Below are positions 7,950 to 15,956 of a DNA stretch of 64,000 nt, piece after piece (within the stretch, counting starts at the first letter, position 1; each line of letters starts with the position of its first letter). This DNA is from an uncultured Nitrospirota bacterium. Its GTDB lineage: Bacteria > CG2-30-53-67. The stretch covers positions 3,552 to 67,551 of the forward strand of contig CAYZZU010000013.1 in NCBI GenBank assembly GCA_964483105.1. Direction: 5' to 3'. The notes below the pieces were generated by a model, which was given only the letters and a program-made list of their open reading frames with translations, had not been told where the DNA came from and did not search any database. Made by a program: the position numbers and the translations under genes.

Positions 7950-8873
7950 TTACTCGATCATGCCGGTCAGCTGCCCGCCATAGGTCACGACCAGACGCAG
8001 AATAAACCCGCCCGCAATGATCAGGATGCTGCTCACAATCCCCATGATCGGATGCCATGCGCGATGCATCTTCCGCACAAAGAAGGGGAAGATTTCCGTC
8101 AGCTCGATTGCGAGGGGGATGAGCAACCCCAACAGGACCGTCCCCACCCAGAACAAAACGGTAAAGCGACCTCCCAGGATCACGAAGATCGACTCACGGA
8201 TACTGAGGGTCGAAAGCTGACTGTGGAGGATGATCGGAATGATAATGAAGATCTCGATGGTGATCAGGACCACGTCGAAGGAGACAAGAAACTTGTGTTC
8301 GTACTCCTTGATGGTTTCAGGTGACCGGTAGGGGTTCAAGGAACAGATCAGAAGAAGCGTGGCCACACCTGTGGAGAGGGCTGAAAAAAGAAAGAGTTCC
8401 GCCATGAGTGGTGTGTTCCAGAACGGCCTGGAAGGTATCGCACCGAGAAGAATGCCGGTATAAATCCCGACCCCGAGGGCGATCGGAAGCCCGATGAGCC
8501 CCGTGGTTTTCCGGACGCGGCCTTCAAAGGGAATCCGGATTTTCTTCCACCCGTCCGGCAAAAAGGTATAGGCCCGGATCATACTGATGAGAATAAAAAC
8601 GGCCAGCAGCCAGGAACCGATGGACATGGGAGAAGTCCACTGGATGGTTCTGTACAAATTATAGAAATGAAAGGGCCGTCCCAGATCGAAAAGAAGCAGG
8701 GTGCATCCGATGGTAACCGGGATGGGGGCGATATAGGCCCCCATCCGGATGATGTTACGGTACCGCTCCGGTTCCATGTAGGAGGCGAAGACAGAGGTGA
8801 CGAAGGCCCCCGCGCTGATCCCCGCCAGAAAAAGATACCAGACAACCAGTGCGCCCCATTCATATTCTTCCAT
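7950..8873 (-). CDS. NrfD/PsrC-family polysulfide reductase membrane subunit
   Basis: WGALVVWYLFLAGISAG, LLFDLGRP, SPMSIGSW, YTGILL...RPFWN; about 8 TM helices. Confidence 0.92.
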   Translation of the reverse strand: MEEYEWGALVVWYLFLAGISAGAFVTSVFASYMEPERYRNIIRMGAYIAPIPVTIGCTLLLFDLGRPFHFYNLYRTIQWTSPMSIGSWLLAVFILISMIRAYTFLPDGWKKIRIPFEGRVRKTTGLIGLPIALGVGIYTGILLGAIPSRPFWNTPLMAELFLFSALSTGVATLLLICSLNPYRSPETIKEYEHKFLVSFDVVLITIEIFIIIPIILHSQLSTLSIRESIFVILGGRFTVLFWVGTVLLGLLIPLAIELTEIFPFFVRKMHRAWHPIMGIVSSILIIAGGFILRLVVTYGGQLTGMIE

Positions 8874-8942
8874 GGGCTTGCCTCCCTTGTAAAAGCCCTG
8901 TCGCTCACCCGGAAGGGTGATCCCGGACTTTCTACGAGACCC

Positions 8943-9497
8943 CTAAATATAGTAGACGGCCGGTCCCGATCCCGCCGCAGACAACTTGACATGGTATTCA
9001 TGCGTCGCGAGCAACCGGGAGACCTCACTCCACGGATCGCGGATATTCCCGAAGTGCCTGGCGCCGGTCATGCAGGTATGAACACAGGCCGGGTCCAGAC
9101 CGGCCGTCAGGCGATGCACGCAGAAGGTGCACTTGTCCACTACGCCTTTCTTTTCATCGAAATAGCGCGCGTTGTAGGGACAGGCCATGATGCAGTAGCG
9201 GCACCCGATACAGCGATCCTGGTCGATCAGAACGATTCCATCCGCACGTTTGTAAGTCGCCCGGGTCGGGCAGACCCGCTCGCAGGGGGGGTTCTCACAA
9301 TGCATGCAGTTTCCCGGCTCGAAACTCAACCCGAGGTGGGGAAAAACTCCCTTGGGACCTTTTTCCCGGACCCAGTTTCGGGAATAGCCGACGGGCACAC
9401 CGTTCTCCGCCTTGCAGGCCACCATGCAGGCCCTGCAATCGATACACTTCGCGATCTCAATGACAAAGACATATCGTATGCCGCTTTTCCCCTTCAT
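8943..9497 (-). CDS. 4Fe-4S dicluster electron-transfer subunit (PsrB/PhsB/NrfC-like)
   Basis: CIDCRACMVAC, CMHCENPPCERVCP, CIGCRYCIMACPY, KCTFC...PACVHTC; start at ATG 9497. Confidence 0.93.
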   Translation of the reverse strand: MKGKSGIRYVFVIEIAKCIDCRACMVACKAENGVPVGYSRNWVREKGPKGVFPHLGLSFEPGNCMHCENPPCERVCPTRATYKRADGIVLIDQDRCIGCRYCIMACPYNARYFDEKKGVVDKCTFCVHRLTAGLDPACVHTCMTGARHFGNIRDPWSEVSRLLATHEYHVKLSAAGSGPAVYYI

Positions 9498-9511
9498 ATC
9501 CTGATTCCTTT

Positions 9512-11746
9512 CTACGCCGGCGCCTTGATGACCGACACCAGGGTCTGGGATAAGGCCTGTGATCCGCTCACCCGGTCGGTCACGCTTTCGTGAACATCGG
9601 TATCCAGCGACCCTTTCGAGTAAGTCACGCGGAGTCCCTTCGAACGATGTCCGAACCCGAAACTGGTCCACAGACAGTCGGGCCGGATCCTCTCGGTGAC
9701 CTTCGCCCTGATCCGGATTCTTCCGACCCGGCTTTCCACATAGACCTCATCTCCATCGCGGATGCCCCGGACCGCGGCCGCGGAGGGATGGATCCAGAGA
9801 AGATTCTCAGGAACCAGTTCGCTGAGCCACCGGTTGTTCTGGGTCGAAGACTGCGTCATCTGGGCCACCTTCCCGGTGAGAAGATAAAACTGCCCCCGCT
9901 CCGGCCGTGGCAGCTCCCTCCATTTCGGCACGGACGGGAACCCCACCTGCGCAAGGGTATCGGAAACCAGGTCGATCTTACCGCTCGATGTCTGAAAAGC
10001 CATCTTCTTTTCAGGATCTTCCGTCCCGAACCTGAAAGATTCCTGATAGAACCCCTTCTCCTTCAACTCCTCCAGGGAGATCTTCATCGGCTTCAACTGC
10101 TCACGGAGATAATCCTCTTCATTTTCATACAGAAAGTAATCGTGAAGTCCGAGACGTTCCCCTAAAAGCTTGAAGATTTCAAGCCCCGGTTTTGTGTCAT
10201 ACATGGGGGAAACAACGGGCTGCCTCAGAAAGACGCGATTTCCCACCACGCTCAGGGGATCGTACCGTTCCAGGTAGGTGCACTCCGGAAGGATCACGTC
10301 CGCGTAATAGGCGGTATCATTCGGTATGATATCGATCGATACGATCAGGTCCAGTTTTTTGAACGCCTCCAGGGTCCTGGACCGGTCGGGAAGCGACATG
10401 AGCGGATTCTGCCGGTACATCAGCCATCCCTTCGCCGGATAGGGCTTTCCCTCCAGCACGGCGTCCCGGAGTTCCTGGAACACACCGAGTTTCAGGGGAA
10501 CCAGGGGGTACTTCAGGGGAACGCCGTCCAGACGCATGGCCGCGGTCCGCGGATAGGGGGGCTGCGCGAAACACCCCAACTGAAGACCGCCGCTCTCCCC
10601 GCCGGAGGTCTGAAGGCCTCCGGGCTGTTCCCAGTTTCCGACCAGCGCGTTCAGGATCGCGATGGCCCGTTCGGTCTGGAAGGAATTCAGGGTGTTGGAT
10701 GTCCTCCAGTTTGGATGGGCGAAGGCTTGAGGCGCCGCCCCGGCGAATTCCCGGGCCACCTGGTCAATCCGGTCGGCCGGGATGTCACACTTCTTTTCCG
10801 CCCACTCCGGCGTGTACGGCCGGATCTCCTCCGCCAGCTTACGAAAACCCGAAGTGTGCTTTTCCACGAATTCACGGTCGTACAAACCCTCCGAGATAAT
10901 GACGTGATTCACGGCAAGGAAGAAGGCGAGATCCCCGCCGGGCCGAACCGGCAGCCAGAGCGAAGCCTTGGCGGCCGTCTTGGTGAAGCGTGGGTCCAGC
11001 ACAACCACCCGGACCCCCCGGCTGACGGCACGCATCAGGTCCTGGGTCTCCGAGTTCGAGATGCCTTCCAGCAGGTTTCTTCCGTTATAGATGATATAGC
11101 GCGTGTTTTCATAATCCCCCGCCACCGCCGAGGTACCGTAGGTCATCGTGAACCCCATCACCATGGCGTTGAAACAGAGGCTCCTCTGCGTCCCGTAATT
11201 CGGTGTACCGTAGGCCTTCATCAGGTTCTCAAACTGCAGTTGCGCCAGATTATGGGTCGAGCTCATCACCATGGCCTGGGGTCCGTATTTTTCCTTGATC
11301 CGGATCATACCGTCGGCGACATAGTCCAGGGCCTCATCCCAGGAGACCTTTCTGAACTTGCCGCTTCCGCGCTCCCCGACACGCATCATCGGCGCCTTGA
11401 GACGGTCCGGATCATAGAGGGTCATCATCCCCGCGTTCCCGCGGGGACAGAGTTTTCCCCGTGAATGAGGATGGTCCGGATTTCCCTCCAGCTTGACCAC
11501 AACCCCGTTTTTCACCCTGGCCCGGACTCCACACCGCCAGACACACATTTCGCAGAGTGTGGCCTTTTCATACAAACGTCCGGGATTTTCATCATCCTTT
11601 CGTTCCCCGGCCAACGTCAGAGAACGGAATCCCGTGAGTCCCGGGGCCAGGGCGGCTGCCGCAACCGACGCACCTCCGACCGTGAGAAAACGGCGTCGCG
11701 ACATTTTCCATCCGGAAACCGGTTGATCAGATTGTTTGGAATTCAT
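9512..11746 (-). CDS. Molybdopterin oxidoreductase catalytic subunit (PsrA/PhsA family), Tat-exported
   Basis: SRRRFL Tat motif; CEMCVWRC...C FeS motif; QRSLCF with Cys as probable Mo ligand; C-terminal molybdopterin dinucleotide domain. Confidence 0.9.
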   Translation of the reverse strand: MNSKQSDQPVSGWKMSRRRFLTVGGASVAAAALAPGLTGFRSLTLAGERKDDENPGRLYEKATLCEMCVWRCGVRARVKNGVVVKLEGNPDHPHSRGKLCPRGNAGMMTLYDPDRLKAPMMRVGERGSGKFRKVSWDEALDYVADGMIRIKEKYGPQAMVMSSTHNLAQLQFENLMKAYGTPNYGTQRSLCFNAMVMGFTMTYGTSAVAGDYENTRYIIYNGRNLLEGISNSETQDLMRAVSRGVRVVVLDPRFTKTAAKASLWLPVRPGGDLAFFLAVNHVIISEGLYDREFVEKHTSGFRKLAEEIRPYTPEWAEKKCDIPADRIDQVAREFAGAAPQAFAHPNWRTSNTLNSFQTERAIAILNALVGNWEQPGGLQTSGGESGGLQLGCFAQPPYPRTAAMRLDGVPLKYPLVPLKLGVFQELRDAVLEGKPYPAKGWLMYRQNPLMSLPDRSRTLEAFKKLDLIVSIDIIPNDTAYYADVILPECTYLERYDPLSVVGNRVFLRQPVVSPMYDTKPGLEIFKLLGERLGLHDYFLYENEEDYLREQLKPMKISLEELKEKGFYQESFRFGTEDPEKKMAFQTSSGKIDLVSDTLAQVGFPSVPKWRELPRPERGQFYLLTGKVAQMTQSSTQNNRWLSELVPENLLWIHPSAAAVRGIRDGDEVYVESRVGRIRIRAKVTERIRPDCLWTSFGFGHRSKGLRVTYSKGSLDTDVHESVTDRVSGSQALSQTLVSVIKAPA

Positions 11747-12440
11747 GATCCCGCTCCTCGTCGTCCAGATTGCAATTCAGGTTCCTTCGTTCCATCACGG
11801 CAAAATTTTTCAGAAGCCTGGCCATCACCCTGTAGTAGGGAACTCTGCCGCAGGAACGGATCCTTTCGCAGAATTCCGGGACCCAGGGAAGGAGGTGTTC
11901 ATCATAGAAATCACGTTCCCGGATGCGAAGGATCCGAAGCCCGGACTGATCGTTCTCCTCCCACATCTGCCGCTCCGCGAGGCACAGCCACTGAAGATAT
12001 TCGAGCTGTGTCACGATATGATCCGGAAGTTCTCCTGTATCGGTCAGGACCAGGCCCTCCGACTCATAGATGGAGAGACAATCCAGGGCCGCCCGGCCCA
12101 TCACCCTCCCTTCACGGTAACAGGACTCGTAAGGGGGCGCGCAGTGGGTCGGAAAGTCATTCACGAAAAGTCTCATGTACTCCACCTCCAGGGCCGTCAG
12201 GACCTCCCGCGCAACCGCTTCGCCCCTCTCTTCCAGGGGCAGGGGCAACGCCCGGATTTCCCTCATCAGTTCCGAAGGGAAACAGCACCGTGTTTCGACC
12301 CGGGGGCACTCCTGGACCACCCGCTCCAGACTCTCCGAGAACCGTCCGTCCACCACCTCCGCGGCACGATCCAGGTCCGGAGGGTAAAAGGCGGAACGGA
12401 GCAGGTCATAGAGAAAAATACGGGTCTTCAGCCGATTCAT
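11727..12440 (-). CDS. TorD/DmsD-family redox-enzyme maturation chaperone
   Basis: EYMRLFV...PPYESCY...ELPDHIVTQLEYL...FYDEHLLPWVPEF; start at ATG 12440. Confidence 0.9.
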   Translation of the reverse strand: MNRLKTRIFLYDLLRSAFYPPDLDRAAEVVDGRFSESLERVVQECPRVETRCCFPSELMREIRALPLPLEERGEAVAREVLTALEVEYMRLFVNDFPTHCAPPYESCYREGRVMGRAALDCLSIYESEGLVLTDTGELPDHIVTQLEYLQWLCLAERQMWEENDQSGLRILRIRERDFYDEHLLPWVPEFCERIRSCGRVPYYRVMARLLKNFAVMERRNLNCNLDDEERDHEFQTI

Positions 12441-12451
12441 CGATCTTCCCT

Positions 12452-12985
12452 CTACAGGCGCCTCAACCGGAAAAAGTAAAAAAGCAGCGAGGCAAAGGTC
12501 ACGAAAAAAAGAATAAAGGTCCAGGGGTGCACATTCCAGAGGTCCGGAATCACCACCGCGCCGTAATCGGCGAACCTGGAGATTCGGGGGAAAACCGCCT
12601 GGTAGGTCGAGGCATAGATTCCGCCTCCCACCAGAAACCCCAACACCCCGGGAATCAGATAATCGAGTCTGCCCGCGCCGCCCCCGGCGACGCATGTCCC
12701 GGGTCAGAATCCTCCGACGGCCATCCCCACACCGAATATCAGGCCGCCCAACACATTCCCCACAATATAGGTATTGGGAACATTCGCGATCGAGTAGATT
12801 CCGAGACCTTTCATCAGATAGACGAGGGTCATGGAGACCATGAGGGTGCTCAACATGAACTTCAGTACCGTAAAATCCCTGAAGCGGAACTGGTTGACGA
12901 TCGTATCGTACCGTGTCAGCCGAGCCTTGTTCAGAAGAAAACCGAAAAAGAAGCCAAAGACCAATGCCGAGACGATCCAGTTCAT
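12452..12985 (-). CDS. YeeE/YedE-family sulfur-compound transporter half, probable selenoprotein (UGA at 12704-12706)
   Basis: ORFs 12704-12985 and 12452-12646 are in frame; junction reads GMAVGGF-TGA-PGT where the family has G-x-C-P-G-T; SECIS-like hairpin follows. Confidence 0.85.
12672..12703 (-). other. Candidate bacterial SECIS element
   Basis: After TGA: CCC-GGGACAT-GCGTCGCC-GGG-GGCGGCGC-GGG; upper stem of about 8 bp, G-rich apical loop starting about 19 nt after the UGA. Confidence 0.7.
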
Positions 12986-12986
12986 T

Positions 12987-13517
12987 TCAATACCTCCTCC
13001 GATAAAGGATCAGGGTCGTGATCACTCCCGACACGAAAAGACCGGCCGTGAACAAAAGCCCCGCCGGCGCCAGAAGCATGGTCCCGGAGATCGCAAGGCC
13101 GCTGGTGCATCCGCCGGCAAGACTGGCGCCGTACTCCAGGATCATGCCGGCCAGAAACGCCGCCAGCCACCGTTTCCATTTTTCAGGACCGAAGATCTCC
13201 CGCCACTGCGTGGTGACATGACTCAGATGGAAGGTCTTCGATAAGAGGGAGGAGGTCATCGCACCGAGGAAGACCCCCGCCATGAGAATCAACTGCCAAT
13301 TGATCCCCAACTGCCGGATGTACTTGAAAAACAGGTTGTCCGCCAGTTTCGGCGCCAACGCCCTTTCAACCAGACCGCTTAAATTCAGAAAACTTCCTGA
13401 AGCCCCGATCAGGTGCCCGGTCAGTACGGGCGCCAGGGCCACGACGATGCCGAAGAGCGCTCCGGCCGCGTAGGGACTCCACGACTCCCTTGTCAATATC
13501 TTCCAGATCCGGTTCAT
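12987..13517 (-). CDS. YeeE/YedE-family sulfur-compound transporter half
   Basis: WSPYAAG, GASGSF, GVFLGA and LAGGCTSG motifs; multiple TM helices. Confidence 0.9.
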   Translation of the reverse strand: MNRIWKILTRESWSPYAAGALFGIVVALAPVLTGHLIGASGSFLNLSGLVERALAPKLADNLFFKYIRQLGINWQLILMAGVFLGAMTSSLLSKTFHLSHVTTQWREIFGPEKWKRWLAAFLAGMILEYGASLAGGCTSGLAISGTMLLAPAGLLFTAGLFVSGVITTLILYRRRY

Positions 13518-13581
13518 GTTCGCCTCCAGGGTCTTATGACACTCTGCAAACGGGACGCTTTCCCGCGAAACGCCCCCAAAC

Positions 13582-14274
13582 CTAAGCGGTCTTCCCCTTC
13601 TCCCGGGCCGGGCCGGATCTCCGGTAAAACCAGGAGAGAAAGGGGAATCCGAGAAAGAGGAAAAGAGTCAAGAGAAGCAGAATCCGGTCTCCCACGGTTC
13701 CGGGAAGTCTCCACCTCGCTTTCCCGGACCGGTCAAGGTTGTAATCAATCAGATCCCCCCGGGGCACTTTGGAAGGATCGGGGGTGGGGGGGGCGATCAC
13801 ATATTCACGGTTCCCGGAGGAGGTCTCTTTTGCTTTTCCCCCCTTCTTCGTGGTCGACCCCTTTTCCGTCCCGGCCGCAGGTAATGAAACGCTCTTTGAA
13901 GGACCTCCGCCAGCCTGGATCACCGCGCCGTACAGAACGGCACGCTTTTCATAATCATCCGGATGGCATGCGGCACAGCTCTTCTGTAGATTTTCCAGGG
14001 GCCTGACCATTCCCTGGTGGGATTCAACCCGGGTCGTTCCCGCCGTATTCCCGGAATGGCAGAACACGCAGAAATCACCGAAGGCATGCTGTGCATGATA
14101 CGCACCTTTGGTATTGACCCGCATCGCCCCTCTGATTTCATGACAGTTTTTACAGGACGAGGCCGACGCTCCGCAGGCCCCTTCCACGGACGCGGGAAGA
14201 AGCCATACCAGGAACACACAAACCCAATAAAACGAGATTCCTCTGCCGGACATCCCCCACCCTGGTCCCCTCAT
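13582..14274 (-). CDS. Exported triheme cytochrome c with C-terminal membrane anchor
   Basis: CKNCH, CVFCH, CAACH; N-terminal signal-like segment; C-terminal hydrophobic helix; start at 14274 after AGAGGAG. Confidence 0.82.
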   Translation of the reverse strand: MRGPGWGMSGRGISFYWVCVFLVWLLPASVEGACGASASSCKNCHEIRGAMRVNTKGAYHAQHAFGDFCVFCHSGNTAGTTRVESHQGMVRPLENLQKSCAACHPDDYEKRAVLYGAVIQAGGGPSKSVSLPAAGTEKGSTTKKGGKAKETSSGNREYVIAPPTPDPSKVPRGDLIDYNLDRSGKARWRLPGTVGDRILLLLTLFLFLGFPFLSWFYRRSGPAREKGKTA

Positions 14275-14350
14275 CGGCGGTCTCCTCTTCTTGACCTGAT
14301 GATTCGTAACGGAAGAAAACGCTGCCAACCCCTCTCGTATTTTCATAGAA

Positions 14351-14366
14351 TGCAAGAAAGGTGCCA
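14351..14366 (-). promoter_or_regulatory. Sigma-54 promoter of the respiratory operon
   Basis: Minus strand TGGCAC-CTTTC-TTGCA, matching the -24/-12 consensus. Confidence 0.9.
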
Positions 14367-14459
14367 TCATATTCACTATTTCGAATATTCACATAACATT
14401 ATGATTTTTCGCTTGATTTACGTGCCACGATCCGCAGCGGAGAAAAAAAGCCCCCGGCG

Positions 14460-14509
14460 ATTCTCAATAATGAGAATTACCGAGGGCATCCTGTCTCAAT
14501 TCCGATAAT
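14460..14509. promoter_or_regulatory. Putative upstream activator sites for a sigma-54 enhancer-binding protein
   Basis: Perfect ATTCTCA-N4-TGAGAAT at 14460-14477, plus a degenerate copy GTCTCA-N4-CGATAA near 14492-14509. Confidence 0.6.
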
Positions 14510-14572
14510 TTCCCGGGACCTACTGGAATCAAGTGATCAAGGACTCAGGGATCCGCCCAGGCCGCAAGGCCG

Positions 14573-15922
14573 TTAATCCCGCCTCTCCAATTTCCGGTAG
14601 AGAGTGGCGAGACTGATCCCGAGCAGTTTCGCGGCCTTTGATTTGTCATGATGGGTCTTTTGCAGGATCGATTGAATGTGCCTTCTTTCAAAGGATCGAA
14701 GAGCCGCGTTCAGGTTGTCCCTGTCAGCCCCGGACGACCCTTCGTCGTCATCCGAAAGATGGAAAGGCAGATCTTCCGGACCCAGAAAGGGAGGGGTTCC
14801 AAGGACCACCCCCCGTTCAATCACGTTTTCCAGTTCGCGGATGTTCCCTCTCCATGGATGCTTCATCAGGATCCGGAGGGCATGGTCTGTAACACCCCGG
14901 AAATCCTTATTCAGTTCCCGGTTATATTTCCCGATAAAATGATCCACCAGGAGGGGGATATCTTCCGAACGGTCCCGCAGGGGGGGGACCCGGATCTCCA
15001 CGACGTTCAGGCGATAGTAAAGATCCTCCCGGAACATCCCCTCACGGATCCGTTCACGGAGATCCTGGTGAGTGGCCGCAATCAGGCGGATATCCACCGG
15101 AACCGGACCGGTCGCCCCCAGTGGATAGATCGCCTTCTCTTCAATGGCCCGCAGAATCTTGGCCTGAAGAACAAGCGGCAAATCCGCGATCTCGTCGAGA
15201 AAAAGCGTTCCCTGGTCGGCAGCCTCAAAAACTCCACCCTGGTCCTTCATGGCCCCGGTGAAGGCGCCTTTCAGATGTCCGAACAGGATCGATTCCAGCA
15301 GCGTTTCCGGAATGGCGCCGCAATTGACCGGAATAAAACGCATTCGTCTACGGGGACTTCTCTGGTGGATCGTCCGTGCAACCAGTTCCTTTCCGGTACC
15401 GCTCTCACCGGTGATCAGGACCGTCCCCCTGGAAGAAGAAACCTTACGGATCACGGCGAGCAAATCCTGAATCGCTTCGGACCGTCCAATGATCGGGGAG
15501 CCGGCAAAGTCGTCATCCGCCTCTCCCTCAGCGGACAGAACGGACTCAAGGACCGGCGGATGGCTACGGAAAAGCTTTTCCACCTTGAAGACGATCTCTT
15601 CACGGATGAAGGGCTTGATGATGCAGTCGCTCGCGCCCGTCCGGATAGCGGACACGGCCTTTTCAAGAGAATCATACGTCGTAATGATCAATACGGGAGT
15701 TCCCGGGCGTATCTCCCGGCTTTTCCTCAAAACATCGTATCCGCCTTCTTCGGGCAGCAGAAGATCACAGATGACGGCATCGAAAGGGATGCGTGTGATC
15801 AGTTTTTCCGCACCTTCCTTGTCCCGGACCCTGACAATGTGATACCCCTTCTCGGAAAGAACGCTTCTCAGCATATTCAGCGTTTTGATTTCATGGGAGA
15901 CAACGAGAATCTTCTGCGCCAT
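14573..15922 (-). CDS. Sigma-54-dependent response regulator (NtrC family)
   Basis: Receiver domain, GESGTGKE Walker A, GAFTGA loop, Fis-type HTH (LGISLATLYRK); start at ATG 15922. Confidence 0.93.
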   Translation of the reverse strand: MAQKILVVSHEIKTLNMLRSVLSEKGYHIVRVRDKEGAEKLITRIPFDAVICDLLLPEEGGYDVLRKSREIRPGTPVLIITTYDSLEKAVSAIRTGASDCIIKPFIREEIVFKVEKLFRSHPPVLESVLSAEGEADDDFAGSPIIGRSEAIQDLLAVIRKVSSSRGTVLITGESGTGKELVARTIHQRSPRRRMRFIPVNCGAIPETLLESILFGHLKGAFTGAMKDQGGVFEAADQGTLFLDEIADLPLVLQAKILRAIEEKAIYPLGATGPVPVDIRLIAATHQDLRERIREGMFREDLYYRLNVVEIRVPPLRDRSEDIPLLVDHFIGKYNRELNKDFRGVTDHALRILMKHPWRGNIRELENVIERGVVLGTPPFLGPEDLPFHLSDDDEGSSGADRDNLNAALRSFERRHIQSILQKTHHDKSKAAKLLGISLATLYRKLERRD

Positions 15923-15956
15923 ATCAGAACCCGCTCCAATTCCTCCGGCTCCGGTT

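Noticed and set aside
9512-11746. Selenocysteine in the molybdoenzyme catalytic subunit
   Set aside because: The ORF is continuous and the probable Mo ligand is an ordinary Cys (QRSLCF).
11727-12695. 322 aa version of the TorD-like ORF
   Set aside because: Its first 85 codons overlap the UGA-readthrough YeeE half; ATG 12440 has an RBS and gives a normal-size chaperone.
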